This document shows, in pieces, positions 34,895-45,678 of a DNA stretch of 64,000 nucleotides. The notes under the pieces are model-generated. The model was given only the letters and a program-made list of their open reading frames with translations. It made no database searches and was not told where the DNA came from. This stretch comes from an uncultured Gemmatimonadales bacterium (GTDB lineage Bacteria > Gemmatimonadota > Gemmatimonadetes > Longimicrobiales > RSA9), in the NCBI GenBank assembly GCA_963798845.1, contig CAWCUS010000002.1:192001-256000 (forward strand), written 5' to 3'. The position numbers and the translations under genes were made by a program. How positions within the stretch are numbered: position 1 is the stretch's first letter; every line of letters begins with the position of its first letter.

Positions 34895-35893
34895 CTAGCG
34901 GCCGCCCGCTCGCAGCCGCTCGGCGAGGAAGGCGGCGAGCATCTCCTCGGCCCAGAAACGAGGGCGGAGGATCGACCCTGCGATGAAGCCGACGTGCCCG
35001 CCGTGGCGGGTGATCAGCGGTGTCACCGCCGGGTTCGCCTCCATCGCCGCCCGGGGGATCCGCTCGGGCGGGAGGAACGGATCATCCTCGGCATGGATGA
35101 CCAGCGTCGGCACGCGGATGCCGTTGATGAAGCGCTGGGAGCTGCTGCGCGTGTAGTAGTCCGCCGCGTCAGCGAAGCCGTGCACGGGCGCCGTCATGGC
35201 CTCGTCGAAAGCGCGCAGGTCGCGGGCGGCCAGTACCGCCGCCACGTCCACGTGCCCATCCAGCACGTCCGCTTTGCCGCGCACCTTCCGAAGCAGGCTG
35301 CGCATGAAATACGCGGTGTAGACGCGCCCCATGAGACCCTCCCCGATGCGACGGCAGCCGGCGTCGAGGTCGAACGGCACGCTCACGGCCACGGCCGCGC
35401 CCACCAGGCCGCTCGCGGCCTCTCCCATCTCGCCCAGCAGCTTCAGGGTCACGTTCCCGCCGAGGGAATAGCCCACGATCCCGCACGGTCCGCCGAAACG
35501 GTCGCGCAGCCGCTCGGCCACGAAGCGAACGTCGGCCGTATCGCCCGAGTGGTACGCCCGCGGCGTCCGGTTCGGCTCCCCGCTGCAGCCCCGGAAGTTC
35601 AGGCCGACCGGGCTGAGGCCGCTGTCGAGCAGCGCGGCGTACGTGGTGCGCATGTAGGGGCGGTCCGCCGTCCCTTCCAGGCCGTGGAGCACGAGGACCT
35701 GCGGCCTCCGGCCTCCCCGCTCTTCCACGCCCGCGAAGTCGAGGTCGACGAAGTCCCCGTCCGGCAGCTCGAGCCGCTCGCGGCGGAGGAGAACGTCGAC
35801 ACCCGGGCGCAGCACCTTCCCCGCGATGGACTGGAGGTGAGGGTTCGAGAGACCGGGCGCGGGCCGGAACGGCCAGGGTGTCGGGTTCGGCAT
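34895..35893 (-). CDS. YheT-like alpha/beta hydrolase
   Basis: NPHLQS, DGDFVDLD, HGLEG, GYSLGG, DDPF, GGHVGF. Confidence 0.9.
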   Translation of the reverse strand: MPNPTPWPFRPAPGLSNPHLQSIAGKVLRPGVDVLLRRERLELPDGDFVDLDFAGVEERGGRRPQVLVLHGLEGTADRPYMRTTYAALLDSGLSPVGLNFRGCSGEPNRTPRAYHSGDTADVRFVAERLRDRFGGPCGIVGYSLGGNVTLKLLGEMGEAASGLVGAAVAVSVPFDLDAGCRRIGEGLMGRVYTAYFMRSLLRKVRGKADVLDGHVDVAAVLAARDLRAFDEAMTAPVHGFADAADYYTRSSSQRFINGIRVPTLVIHAEDDPFLPPERIPRAAMEANPAVTPLITRHGGHVGFIAGSILRPRFWAEEMLAAFLAERLRAGGR

Positions 35894-35988
35894 TCTGAAG
35901 GCTATCAGCGATCGGGCCGCAATGACGCGACTATGGACACGCGTGCCACCACGATGTTGATTTCTGTCACCACTCCCCCGGAGCCGCC

Positions 35989-36903
35989 GTGGATATCCAG
36001 ATCCTCACCGTCCCCTACGATTCGGGTCATCGCGCCGTGCGCATGGGGCGCGGCCCCGGGAGGCTCATCGAAGCCGGCATCGCTTCCGAACTGGAAGGCA
36101 ATGGCCACCGCGTCCGCGTGCGCGAACTCGAGACCAGGGTGGATCCCCCCACCGAGATCGCCTGCGCATTCGACCTGGCCCGCACTCTCTCCGCCGCGGT
36201 CGCGGACGCCCGCGAAGCCGACCGCTTCACCGTGGTCCTGGCCGGAAACTGCTTCTCCGCCCTCGGCACCGTCACCGGGTTGGGGGGCGAGCGCGTCGGT
36301 GTCCTCTGGTTCGACGCCCACGGCGACCTCAACACGCCCGACACCACCACCAGCGGGTTCCTCGACGGGATGGCCGCCGCCACCCTCACCGGCCGCTGCT
36401 GGCGAGAGCTCGTCGCCACCATCCCCGGCTTCAGACCGCTCCACGACCTGAACCTCCTCCTCATCGGCGCCCGCGACCTCGACCGCCCCGAATCCGCCCT
36501 CGCCTCGGCCGTCGGCATCGCCCGCCTCGACAGCGACGAGCTCCGCAGCCACGGAACCAGAGCCGCCGTCCGCAAGCGCCTGGCCCGCATGTCCCAGAGC
36601 GCCGACACCTTCTACCTCCACGTGGACCTCGACGTCCTCGATCCGGATGTGGCTCCCGTCAGCGCCTTCAGCACCCCGGGCGGCCTGACCCCCGGAGAGG
36701 TGGTCGAAGCGGCCGCCGCCGCAGCAGCAGTTCGACCCATCTGCGCCGTTGCCATCGCCTCCTACGATCCCGCGTTCGATATCGACGGCCGCGCCGCCGC
36801 CGCCGCCATCCACATCGTCCGCGGCATCGCCCGGGAGGCCGAGCGCCGTGGCGCCGCCACCCCGCCCGCCGCGCCTATGGCTCCCGCACCACCAGTCCCC
36901 TGA
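35989..36903 (+). CDS. Arginase/ureohydrolase family protein
   Basis: DAHGDLN, HVDLDVLDP, PGGL; GNC replaces the usual GDH. Confidence 0.87.
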   Translation: MDIQILTVPYDSGHRAVRMGRGPGRLIEAGIASELEGNGHRVRVRELETRVDPPTEIACAFDLARTLSAAVADAREADRFTVVLAGNCFSALGTVTGLGGERVGVLWFDAHGDLNTPDTTTSGFLDGMAAATLTGRCWRELVATIPGFRPLHDLNLLLIGARDLDRPESALASAVGIARLDSDELRSHGTRAAVRKRLARMSQSADTFYLHVDLDVLDPDVAPVSAFSTPGGLTPGEVVEAAAAAAAVRPICAVAIASYDPAFDIDGRAAAAAIHIVRGIAREAERRGAATPPAAPMAPAPPVP

Positions 36904-37483
36904 CCGCCGCACGGTAGCGATCCAGGTCGAATCGGGATGGGTCGGCGATCAGCTGCATCACGCACCCCTGGATGAAGCTCACCACAACCGACGCCAGACC
37001 TTCCCCGCCCACGGCCCGGTACCGCTCCGGCGCCGCCTCCACCACCGGCTCCGTCCACGGCAGGAACTCCCCTCGGTACCGCTCGAACGCCGCACGGATC
37101 CGATGCTGGATCTCCGGCACGCTCGTCCCCAGCACCCAGTAGTCCAGAAACAGGCTCGAGCGCGCCCGCCGCGTCGGAAGCACCGCCAGCTGATGCTCCA
37201 GCAGCGCCAGCAGCCGCTTCGCCGGCCGGTCCGACAGCGCCCCCGCCTCCAGCTCCGGCGGCACCCGCACACGCGGGTCCTCCAGCAGCAGCCAGTCCAG
37301 AAGCGCCAGCAGCAGACGCTCCCGGTCCTCGAAATGGAAGAACACCAGCCCCTTGCTCACCCCCGCCCCCTCCGCCACCGCCCGCGCGCTCAACCCGCCC
37401 AATCCCTTCAGGGTCGCCACCTGGAAGGCAGCCTCGATGATGGCTTCCCGGCGCTGCTCTTCCGGCATCCGTTTCCCGGGCAT
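36875..37483 (-). CDS. TetR family regulator (BetI-like)
   Basis: N-terminal HTH VAEGAGVSKGLVFFHF. Confidence 0.9.
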   Translation of the reverse strand: MPGKRMPEEQRREAIIEAAFQVATLKGLGGLSARAVAEGAGVSKGLVFFHFEDRERLLLALLDWLLLEDPRVRVPPELEAGALSDRPAKRLLALLEHQLAVLPTRRARSSLFLDYWVLGTSVPEIQHRIRAAFERYRGEFLPWTEPVVEAAPERYRAVGGEGLASVVVSFIQGCVMQLIADPSRFDLDRYRAAVRGLVVREP

Positions 37484-37492
37484 GTCGACCTC

Positions 37493-37545
37493 TTGACCGA
37501 AGGGTCAGTAACCGCTACCGTGCATGCGTTGACCTGACGGTCAAC
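37493..37545. promoter_or_regulatory. Two putative TetR operators TGACC-N4-GGTCA
   Basis: TTGACC-GAAG-GGTCAG (37493-37508) and GTTGACC-TGAC-GGTCAAC (37528-37545) directly upstream of the TetR start. Confidence 0.75.
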
Positions 37546-37822
37546 AATCGGGAAACTGTGGTTCGGGCTCCGGTCGGGCCAGAGGGTGGGGAAGCAGGGT
37601 CGGGTGTGGCCTGTGCCGGGGCGCCGTGATGGCTTCTGGTCTGGTCGAGAACGGGTCGGGCCCACCGGCTGCGTCTGGGGGGATCAGTCGGCCCCGCCCG
37701 GGATCGAAGGAATCGAACCCACCTGGCAGGGGTAGCGGGTCACGGTGCAATGCCGTGGCCCGCTTCTGCATGGGGGCCGGTGGCGGAGCTCGTCGCACTT
37801 TATCCCCGTTCTGCGGGCGCAT

Positions 37823-38680
37823 ATGATGGTCCGCATGCGAAGCCGCCTCCGGGGTACCCGTTCTCTTTCCTTGACGCCCGTCCTCGCGCCTGTGATCGGG
37901 CTGGCCGTGCTTGCGGCCTCGTGCGGGCGAGCGCCGGTGCGGGGTGGGGGCTGGGTGGCGGCGGCGGAGGCAGTGCGTCCGACGGTGCACTCGGTGTGGG
38001 GGAGCCGACCGGTGGACGGGCTGGAGCGGACCGCGTTCGCCCCGCTGGGGAGCGCGTTCGCGTTGACGGCGAAGGGGCTGCTGCTGACGAACGCGCACGT
38101 GGTGGCGCCGGAGCGGGGCCTGGCGAGGCACCTCCGGGTGCTGGTGCAGGGGGACACGGGGGCGGTGTTCTACAATGGGGAGGTGCTGGCGATCGACGAG
38201 GGGAAGGACCTTGCGGTGGTCCGGATCGAGGCGGACGGCCTGCGGTACGCGCGCTGGACGGAGGAGGAGGCGCCGATCGGCACGCCGCTGGCCACGATCG
38301 GCTACGGGCTTCCGGAGGGCGGAGTGGTGGAGGCGAGCGATACGGACGTGGTTTCGCAGTACACCGTTTTCCGCCGGTTCACGGCCGGGTACAGCAGCGG
38401 CTATCGTACGCGGGTGGCAGGGGATCCTGGAACGAACGCGCTGGAGGCGGACCTGTTCCTCTTCCCCGGTGTGAGCGGGGGGCCGGCGTTCCGGGAGGAC
38501 GGGCGGGTGGTGGGTGTGGACCGTGGCCACCGCGAGTACCGGGAGGCTGCGTCGTCGTACGGCGTGATCATCCCGGCGAACGTGGTGAAGCTCTTCCTGG
38601 CGTCGGTGGCGGCGGAAACCGGCCTGGATCCCGACTCTGTGTTCGGCGCCGCGCCCGCCGGCGCAGCGGAGCGGCCGTGA
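37823..38680 (+). CDS. Trypsin-like (S1) serine protease, probable lipoprotein; start uncertain
   Basis: TNAHVV, DLAVV, PGVSGGP catalytic motifs; LAASC lipobox. Confidence 0.85.
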   Translation: MMVRMRSRLRGTRSLSLTPVLAPVIGLAVLAASCGRAPVRGGGWVAAAEAVRPTVHSVWGSRPVDGLERTAFAPLGSAFALTAKGLLLTNAHVVAPERGLARHLRVLVQGDTGAVFYNGEVLAIDEGKDLAVVRIEADGLRYARWTEEEAPIGTPLATIGYGLPEGGVVEASDTDVVSQYTVFRRFTAGYSSGYRTRVAGDPGTNALEADLFLFPGVSGGPAFREDGRVVGVDRGHREYREAASSYGVIIPANVVKLFLASVAAETGLDPDSVFGAAPAGAAERP

Positions 38681-40506
38681 AGGCCCGCGGGCGCTGCCGC
38701 CCTGCGACGGCAGTGCGGCTCTTCGCCGCCCTGGCCGTCACGGCGGTGTCGTGCGGACCCGGCGTCGCGTCGGCGCCCCGTCCGTCCGGCCCTCCGGGCG
38801 GCGGGGCCGCGGCGGGCGGGAGTGTGGCTGCCCCCGGCGTCGCCGCGAGGAGCGGTGAGGCGCCCGACCTCTACTTCCCTTCGCGCGACCTCGGGCCGCT
38901 CTTCCAGGACGTCCAGCTGTCAGGGATCTTCGCGGACTCGAAGACGTTCGTGGACGCCAGGCCGCGGGAAGCGCCAGGGGAGGTGGGGTCGCGCTACGTC
39001 GCCCTGCGGGCGGAGCCAGGGTTCGATCTCGAGGCTTTCGTCGAGCGCGAGTTCGAGCTCCCGGCGGCAGCGGGAGGCGAGTTCCGCACGGACACCTCCC
39101 GCACGATGGCGGAGCATATCCGCGCGCTCTGGCCGGTCCTCACTCGCCATGCCGACGAGCCCGACGCACGCTCCTCGCTGATCCCGCTGCCGGCGCCGTA
39201 CGTGGTGCCCGGCGGCCGCTTCCGCGAGGTGTACTACTGGGACTCGTACTTCACCATGATCGGGCTGGTGGAAAGCGGGTGCGTGGACCTGGTGGGGAGC
39301 ATGCTCGACAACTTCGCGTGGCTGGTCCGGACCTACGGTCACGTGCCGAACGGCAACCGGGCGTACTACCTGAGCCGCAGTCAGCCGCCCTTCCTCGCGG
39401 CCATGGTCGGGCTGTACGCGGCAACGGCCGACACCGCCAGCGCGCTCCGTTACCTCGACGCGCTGATCGCCGAGCACGGCTTCTGGATGGACGGCGCGGA
39501 CCGCGTTGCGCCCGGTGAAGCGTACCGGCGGGTGGTGCGGCTGTCGGACGGCTCCGTGCTGAACCGCTACTGGGACGAACGCGACGACCCCCGCCCGGAG
39601 TCGTTCCAGGCGGACTACCGGCTGGGGCAGACCCTTTCGTCCGCCGAGCGGCCGGCGTTCTACCGGAACATCCGCGCAACGGCCGAGAGCGGCTGGGACT
39701 TCTCCAGCCGGTGGATGCGCGACTCATCGGACCTGCGCACGCTGGAGACCACGGAGCTCGCGCCGATCGACCTCAACAGCCTGCTCTACCACCAGGAGCG
39801 GACGATCGCCGCGCTCCTCCGGTCCCGCGACGCGCCTGGCGACGCGGCCGCCGCCCACCGCTTCGACCAGGCCGCCGCCGAGCGTCGCCGGGACCTGCTC
39901 GCCGCCGCCTGGGACCCGGAACGCCGCTTCTTCTACGACGTCCGCTGGCGCACCGGCCAGCGCGTCACCGACCGTCCGACCCTCGCCGCCGCCGTCCCCC
40001 TCTTCTTCGGCGTGGCCTCTCCCGAGCAGGGCGGCGCCGTCGCCGACGTCCTCGCCCGCGACTTCCTACGCCCCGGCGGCTTCGTCACCACGCAGGTGGC
40101 GTCGGGGCAGCAGTGGGACGCGCCCAACGGCTGGCCGCCGCTGGAGTGGATGGCGATCGAGGGGGCGCGGCGATACGGCCGCGTCACGCTTGCGGACACC
40201 GCGGCCGCCCGCTGGCTGCGGCTCCTCCGTGACACGTTCCGGTCCACCGGCCGGATGACGGAGAAGTACGACGTGGTGGACCTGGCCCGCCGCGCTGGCG
40301 GCGGGGAGTATCCGACACAGGATGGCTTCGGCTGGACCAACGGGGTGGCGCTTGGACTCCTGGGGACGGGGGCCGCCGCCTCCGCGCCGGGCGGCCGTCG
40401 CCCACCATCATCTCCCGGCCGGGGGCGGGACGGACGCAGCGACGGGTCCGATGCCCGGCCACCGGCCCCGACACGGAGGGACCCATGCCCGCTCCGGCAC
40501 GAGTGA
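38677..40506 (+). CDS. Alpha,alpha-trehalase (GH37)
   Basis: DSKTFVD, PGGRFREVYYWDSY, SRSQPP, AESGWDFSSRW, QWDAPNGWPP, EKY, QDGFGWTNGV. Confidence 0.95.
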   Translation: MKARGRCRPATAVRLFAALAVTAVSCGPGVASAPRPSGPPGGGAAAGGSVAAPGVAARSGEAPDLYFPSRDLGPLFQDVQLSGIFADSKTFVDARPREAPGEVGSRYVALRAEPGFDLEAFVEREFELPAAAGGEFRTDTSRTMAEHIRALWPVLTRHADEPDARSSLIPLPAPYVVPGGRFREVYYWDSYFTMIGLVESGCVDLVGSMLDNFAWLVRTYGHVPNGNRAYYLSRSQPPFLAAMVGLYAATADTASALRYLDALIAEHGFWMDGADRVAPGEAYRRVVRLSDGSVLNRYWDERDDPRPESFQADYRLGQTLSSAERPAFYRNIRATAESGWDFSSRWMRDSSDLRTLETTELAPIDLNSLLYHQERTIAALLRSRDAPGDAAAAHRFDQAAAERRRDLLAAAWDPERRFFYDVRWRTGQRVTDRPTLAAAVPLFFGVASPEQGGAVADVLARDFLRPGGFVTTQVASGQQWDAPNGWPPLEWMAIEGARRYGRVTLADTAAARWLRLLRDTFRSTGRMTEKYDVVDLARRAGGGEYPTQDGFGWTNGVALGLLGTGAAASAPGGRRPPSSPGRGRDGRSDGSDARPPAPTRRDPCPLRHE

Positions 40507-42068
40507 AGTGGTGGGACGACGTCGTCAGCTCGGAGTCGGTGAAGCTCACCGACGAGGTTCACCTGCTGTGGGGAGACCGCGTGCGCGTGCTCCAGCATGA
40601 CGCCGCCGCGAAGCGCTCGCGCGTGTACGCCCGCGGCGCCATCGGCTGGATCGACGACCACCATCTCGGTGGTGACCCGCTCCTGGAGCTGTACTTCATC
40701 GACGTGGGGCAGGGCGACGGCATCCTGATCGTCACGCCCGAAGGGCACCACATCGTCATCGACGGCGGACTCCAGCGGTCGTATCAGCAGACGCGGAAGA
40801 GCGCGGCGGACTTCGTGGACTGGAAGTTCGCGAAGGACTACCTCGTGTGGGGGGAGCGGGACGATGCGGCGAAGAACGCGGTGCGCCTGGACGCCATGAT
40901 CGCGACCCACGCGGACCAGGACCACTATGGCGGGCTGCGCGACCTGATCGACCGGGACACGCCGGACTACCGCGAGGAGCTGGACGCCCTCAATGTCACC
41001 GTGGAGGCGTTCTACCACCCCGGTCTCTGTCCCCAGGAGGACGGGACCGACGCCCTCGGTGAGAAGGACGGCGGCTGCTTCGTCCGCCTCATGGAGGACC
41101 GGGCGTCGGTGGAGAAGAGCCTCGGCCCCGATCCGGGTGGTGCGCCCCGCCTGCGGGGCTACTGGCGTTCCTTCATCTCCGCCGTGGCCCGGCAGAAGCG
41201 CAGGGACGGACAGCCGACCACCATCCAGCGGCTGTCGCAGAGGACCGGCTTTCTCCCCGGCTTCGATGATGCCAGGCACGATTCGGCCGTGGCGATCCGC
41301 GTGCTCGCCCCGGTCGAGGAGGAGGTCGGCGGGACGCCGGGGCTGCGCGACCTGGGCGACGAGGCGCACAACAAGAACGGGCACTCGGTCGCCCTCAGGC
41401 TCGACTACGGCGAACGCCGCTTTCTCCTCACCGGCGACCTCAACGACAAGGCCCACGCGCTCATCATCGACAGCTATCCGGCGCTGGCGGCGTTCGAGGA
41501 CGACTGGCGCGCCGACGTCGCCAAGGCGTGCCACCACGGGAGCCACGAGGTGGACCGGCGCTTCCTCCAGGGCGTCCAGGCCCTCGCCACCATCTTCTCC
41601 AGCGGCGACGCCAACACGTACGACCACCCGCGCGCGTGGCCTCTCGGCGCCGCGGCCCTCTACGGCCGAGTCATCGAGGACGCGAGCCAGTTCCGCCTGA
41701 AGGCCCCGCTCATCTACTCCACCGAGGTCGCCCGCAGCATCTCCCTGTCCGGGATCGAGCAGCTGAGGCGCTACGACACGCCTCAGTCGTACGGCCGCGA
41801 GAGAGCCGAGCCGGCCGACCAGGTGTCCGGCGAGGTCACCATGAGCCGCTGGCGGGTCGTCCTGAACAGGGACAGCGCCGAGCCCCGCGACCTCCCGCCC
41901 GCGCCCGGCGTCCGCGTCATGCGCAGCCTGGTTTACGGGCTGGTGAACGTTCGATCCGACGGCAGGCGTCTCCTTTTCGCCGTGCGCAACGAGGGCAACT
42001 ACTCCTGGTCCACCGCCACCATGGAGGCCGAAGAGATCGACGGCGCGTTCCGCATGGTCAGACCGTGA
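40485..42068 (+). CDS. ComEC-like MBL-fold metallohydrolase with possible N-terminal SH3-like domain
   Basis: [46 protein letters not shown]. Confidence 0.8.
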   Translation: MPAPARVKWWDDVVSSESVKLTDEVHLLWGDRVRVLQHDAAAKRSRVYARGAIGWIDDHHLGGDPLLELYFIDVGQGDGILIVTPEGHHIVIDGGLQRSYQQTRKSAADFVDWKFAKDYLVWGERDDAAKNAVRLDAMIATHADQDHYGGLRDLIDRDTPDYREELDALNVTVEAFYHPGLCPQEDGTDALGEKDGGCFVRLMEDRASVEKSLGPDPGGAPRLRGYWRSFISAVARQKRRDGQPTTIQRLSQRTGFLPGFDDARHDSAVAIRVLAPVEEEVGGTPGLRDLGDEAHNKNGHSVALRLDYGERRFLLTGDLNDKAHALIIDSYPALAAFEDDWRADVAKACHHGSHEVDRRFLQGVQALATIFSSGDANTYDHPRAWPLGAAALYGRVIEDASQFRLKAPLIYSTEVARSISLSGIEQLRRYDTPQSYGRERAEPADQVSGEVTMSRWRVVLNRDSAEPRDLPPAPGVRVMRSLVYGLVNVRSDGRRLLFAVRNEGNYSWSTATMEAEEIDGAFRMVRP

Positions 42069-43075
42069 TGCGCAGCGCGCGGACCGCGCTCGTGCTCCTC
42101 TCCCTCGCGGCGTGTTCGGGCGGCGGCGGGAGCGCGGCGGGAGGGGACCCCGGTGGTGGGGCGGGGAACGGCGACAGGGCCGGGCCGGATCGCGCCGGGC
42201 TGCGCTTCGTGCTGGTCACGCACGGCCAGTCCGCGGACCCGTTCTGGTCCGTGGTGGCGAACGGCGCCCGGGACGCGGCAGAGGACATGGGGGTCCGTGC
42301 CGAGTACCAGGCGCCCACCACGTTCGACATGGTGGAGATGAGCAACCTGATCGACGCCGCGGTGGCGTCGCGGCCGGACGGGCTCGTCGTGTCGATTCCG
42401 GACCCCGATGCGCTCGGCTCGTCGATCCGCCGGGCCGTGGAAGCGGGCATCCCGGTGATCTCCATCAACTCGGGGGGGGACGCCTACCGCGCGCTGGGTG
42501 TCCTGGCCCACGTGGGGCAGACGGAGTACGAGGCCGGGCGGAAGGGTGGTGAGCGGCTGGCGCAGGCTGGCGCGCGCCACGTGCTGTGCGTGAACCACGA
42601 GGTGGGCAATCTGGCGCAGGACCAGCGCTGCGAGGGACTGCGCGACGCACTCTCCGAGGCGGGGGGCACCTCGCGGGTGCTGGCCGTCCAGCTCGCCGAC
42701 CCGGAGGACACCCAGCAGAGGATCGCCGGTGCCATCGCCGCCGACCCGACGCTCGACGGCGTCCTGACGCTCGGTCCGGCGGCGGCGGCCCCGGCGCTGG
42801 CGGCGCTGGCGGCGAGCGGGCGGGGCGGGAGCGTCGCATACGCGACGTTCGATCTCACGCTGGAAGTGCTGCGGGGAATCGAGGAGGGCCGGATCGCGTT
42901 CGCCATCGACCAGCAGCAGTACCTCCAGGGCTACCTGCCGATCGTGCTGCTTGCCAAGTACCTGGAGACGTTGACCATGCCGGGCGGTGGCGAAGTGGTC
43001 CGCACCGGGCCGGGCTTCGTGACCCGCGAGAACGCGGAGCGGGTGGTGGAGCTCGCCCGGCGGGGGGTCCGCTAG
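42068..43075 (+). CDS. Sugar ABC transporter substrate-binding lipoprotein (CUT2 type)
   Basis: LAAC lipobox, [20 protein letters not shown]. Confidence 0.9.
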   Translation: MRSARTALVLLSLAACSGGGGSAAGGDPGGGAGNGDRAGPDRAGLRFVLVTHGQSADPFWSVVANGARDAAEDMGVRAEYQAPTTFDMVEMSNLIDAAVASRPDGLVVSIPDPDALGSSIRRAVEAGIPVISINSGGDAYRALGVLAHVGQTEYEAGRKGGERLAQAGARHVLCVNHEVGNLAQDQRCEGLRDALSEAGGTSRVLAVQLADPEDTQQRIAGAIAADPTLDGVLTLGPAAAAPALAALAASGRGGSVAYATFDLTLEVLRGIEEGRIAFAIDQQQYLQGYLPIVLLAKYLETLTMPGGGEVVRTGPGFVTRENAERVVELARRGVR

Positions 43076-43082
43076 GGCCGCC

Positions 43083-44099
43083 GTGTCCGCCCGAACTTCC
43101 GGCCCGCGCCGCGCCCTGGCCTTCATCCGCCGCCCCGAGCTCGGCGCAGCCGCGGGTGCGCTCCTCACCTGGGCGTTCTTCGCCATCGCCGCGGGGCGCC
43201 CCTTTCTCGGCGCGGCCGGGACCGCCGCGTACCTGAACGCCGCCGCCCCGCTCGGGATCCTGGCCGTGTCGGTGGCCCTGCTCATGATCGCGGGCGAGTT
43301 CGACCTGTCTGTCGGCTCTCTCATCGGCGCCGCGAGCATGCTCCTCATGCTGCTGACCGCCGGGGCCGGCTGGCCGCTGTGGCCCGCCATCGCGGCCACT
43401 CTGGCCTTCTCAGCCCTGGTCGGACTCGCCAACGGCTGGCTCGTCGTCCGCACCGGGCTGCCGTCGTTCATCGTCACGCTCGCCATGCTCTTCGTCCTGC
43501 GCGGGCTCGCCGTTGCCGTCACGCGCCTCGCGACGGGGCGAACGCAGCTCGGCGGGCTTCGCGACGCCGCTGGCTACCCCGCCGCCCACGCCCTCTTCGC
43601 GTCCGACCTCGGCCTCTTCCGCATCTCCATCGTCTGGTGGATCGGTCTCGCTGCCGTCGCCACCTGGGTGCTCGTCCGGACGCGGGCGGGGAACTGGATC
43701 TTCGCGGCGGGCGGCGGCGCCGAGGCGGCACGCAACCTGGGTGTTCCCGTGGCGCGGGTGAAGGTCAGCCTGTTCGTCACCACGGCCATGGCCGCGTCCC
43801 TCGTGGCCGTGATCCAGGCCGTGCGCTTCACCGGCGCCGACGCGCTTCGCGGCGAAGGACAGGAGTTCCGGGCCATCATCGCGGCGGTGATCGGCGGAAC
43901 GCTCCTGACCGGCGGGTATGGCTCGGCGGTGGGGGCCGTTTTCGGCGCGCTCATCTTCGGGATGGTGCGACAGGGGATCGTCCTCACGGGCGTGGACGCC
44001 GATTGGTTCCAGGTGGTCCTCGGGGCGCTCCTTCTCGCCGCCGTGCTGTTCAACCGTGTGGCGCGGCGGACGGTGGCCGAGCGAGGAGGGCGCGAGTGA
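43083..44099 (+). CDS. Sugar ABC transporter permease
   Basis: [28 protein letters not shown]. Confidence 0.9.
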   Translation: MSARTSGPRRALAFIRRPELGAAAGALLTWAFFAIAAGRPFLGAAGTAAYLNAAAPLGILAVSVALLMIAGEFDLSVGSLIGAASMLLMLLTAGAGWPLWPAIAATLAFSALVGLANGWLVVRTGLPSFIVTLAMLFVLRGLAVAVTRLATGRTQLGGLRDAAGYPAAHALFASDLGLFRISIVWWIGLAAVATWVLVRTRAGNWIFAAGGGAEAARNLGVPVARVKVSLFVTTAMAASLVAVIQAVRFTGADALRGEGQEFRAIIAAVIGGTLLTGGYGSAVGAVFGALIFGMVRQGIVLTGVDADWFQVVLGALLLAAVLFNRVARRTVAERGGRE

Positions 44100-44887
44100 G
44101 CGACCGGGCCGGAGCGAGCCCGCCGGGCCAGGCGAAACCCCCGGTGCTGGCTGCGCGCGCGGTGACGCGCCGCTTCGGCCGCGTGGTCGCGCTCGAGGAG
44201 GCCACCCTCGAGCTGCACGCCGGCCGCGTCACCTGCCTCCTCGGCGACAACGGCGCCGGAAAGAGCACGCTGATCAAGGTCCTGGCCGGCGTCCACCCGC
44301 CGACCGGGGGTACGGTCGAGGTGGATGGGAGGCCGATCACCCTCGGCTCGCCCCGCCACGCGCAGCGCCACGGCGTCGCCGTGGTCTACCAGGACCTGGC
44401 CGTGATCCCGCTCATGAGCGTCTGGCGCAACTTCTTCCTCGGCCGGGAGCCCACCGTGGGGCGCGGGCCGTTCCGCCGACTCGACGGCGCCGCGTGCCGC
44501 CGTGACACCCGGGTCGCGCTGGGCGCCTTCGGCATCCATATCGACGACGTCGACCGCCCGCTCGGCACCCTCTCTGGCGGCGAGCGCCAGTCGGTGGCCA
44601 TCGCCCGCGCCGTCCACGCTGGCGCCCGCGCCCTCATCCTGGATGAGCCCACCGCCGCGCTCGGGGTCCGGCAGGCCGCGCTCGTCCTCGGCCACATCCG
44701 CCGCGTCTGCGACGCCGGGGTCGCCGTGCTCCTGGTCACCCACAACCCCCGGCACGCGCTCGCGGTGGGCGATGCGTTCGTGGTCCTGCGCCACGGCCGT
44801 GTGGCGGCGGTCCTGGAGGCGAAGGAAGCCGGGGTCGACCGACTCAGCGAGCTCATGTCGGACAGCGCGGCGGGCTGGTCCGGCTGA
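44096..44887 (+). CDS. Sugar ABC transporter ATP-binding protein
   Basis: [20 protein letters not shown]. Confidence 0.92.
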   Translation: MSDRAGASPPGQAKPPVLAARAVTRRFGRVVALEEATLELHAGRVTCLLGDNGAGKSTLIKVLAGVHPPTGGTVEVDGRPITLGSPRHAQRHGVAVVYQDLAVIPLMSVWRNFFLGREPTVGRGPFRRLDGAACRRDTRVALGAFGIHIDDVDRPLGTLSGGERQSVAIARAVHAGARALILDEPTAALGVRQAALVLGHIRRVCDAGVAVLLVTHNPRHALAVGDAFVVLRHGRVAAVLEAKEAGVDRLSELMSDSAAGWSG

Positions 44888-45107
44888 GGCCGACGGCCGG
44901 AACGCGCCCGCGCCGCCCGCCGCCAAGACTCTTGCCCCGCCGGTGCGTCCCGATCCATCGTGCACCGTCGCATCGCATTTCCGCACGGGCCACCTCTGAT
45001 CCGGGCCCGAGGCGACGACCTTCGCGTGCCGCCGCGCGACCCCGGACTGCCCGCGATGTCCCGGTCAGGCGTCCGTTCCACCCGCTGCAGGGCCACTGGA
45101 GACTGCC

Positions 45108-45659
45108 ATGTTCAACAATCCCGGCCCGTTCACGTTCGGTCCCACGTCCACGTCGCAGCTCGAGACGCTTCACCCGGATCTGCGCCGGGTCCTCGAGCGG
45201 GCCATAGAGGTCTTCGACTTCAGCGTGGTCGAGGGGCGGCGCACCATCGAGACCCAGATCGGCAATCTTCGGCGAGGCGTTTCGAAGACCATCGACAGCC
45301 GCCACATCCCTCGCGACGAGGATGGCGTCTACCAGCCCACCGGCCTGGGTGAGGCGGCCGACCTGACGCCGTACCAGAAGGGCGTCAATCCGTGGCCCCA
45401 GCCCGGCGACACCCGGGTGACCGCCGAGAAGAAGGCGCGTCGCTTCTACTTCATGCAGGGGGTCCTCTACGCAATCGCGCGCCAGGAAGGCGTGGACATA
45501 CGGCTCGGCGTGGACTGGGACACCGATCTCGACTTCTTCGACCAGTCCTTCGACGACCTCGGCCACGTGGAGCTCCGGACCGCCCGGGCGGCCCTGAAGA
45601 TCCCGGAGGATCTGAAAGAGGACGTGGAGGCGGTGCTGGGAACACTGGTTCCGGCTTGA
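45108..45659 (+). CDS. M15 family peptidoglycan peptidase (T5 endolysin-like L-Ala-D-Glu type)
   Basis: F.FG..S..QL.TLHPDL, DFSVVEGRRT, SRH...AAD, DIRLGVDW, DLGHVEL; RBS GGAG. Confidence 0.85.
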   Translation: MFNNPGPFTFGPTSTSQLETLHPDLRRVLERAIEVFDFSVVEGRRTIETQIGNLRRGVSKTIDSRHIPRDEDGVYQPTGLGEAADLTPYQKGVNPWPQPGDTRVTAEKKARRFYFMQGVLYAIARQEGVDIRLGVDWDTDLDFFDQSFDDLGHVELRTARAALKIPEDLKEDVEAVLGTLVPA

Positions 45660-45678
45660 GAAACCACCATCCGGCGAG

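Noticed and set aside
45108..45659. Prophage remnant
   Set aside because: No holin, integrase, structural genes or att sites; composition looks host-like and the gene is tightly linked to the CHAT gene.
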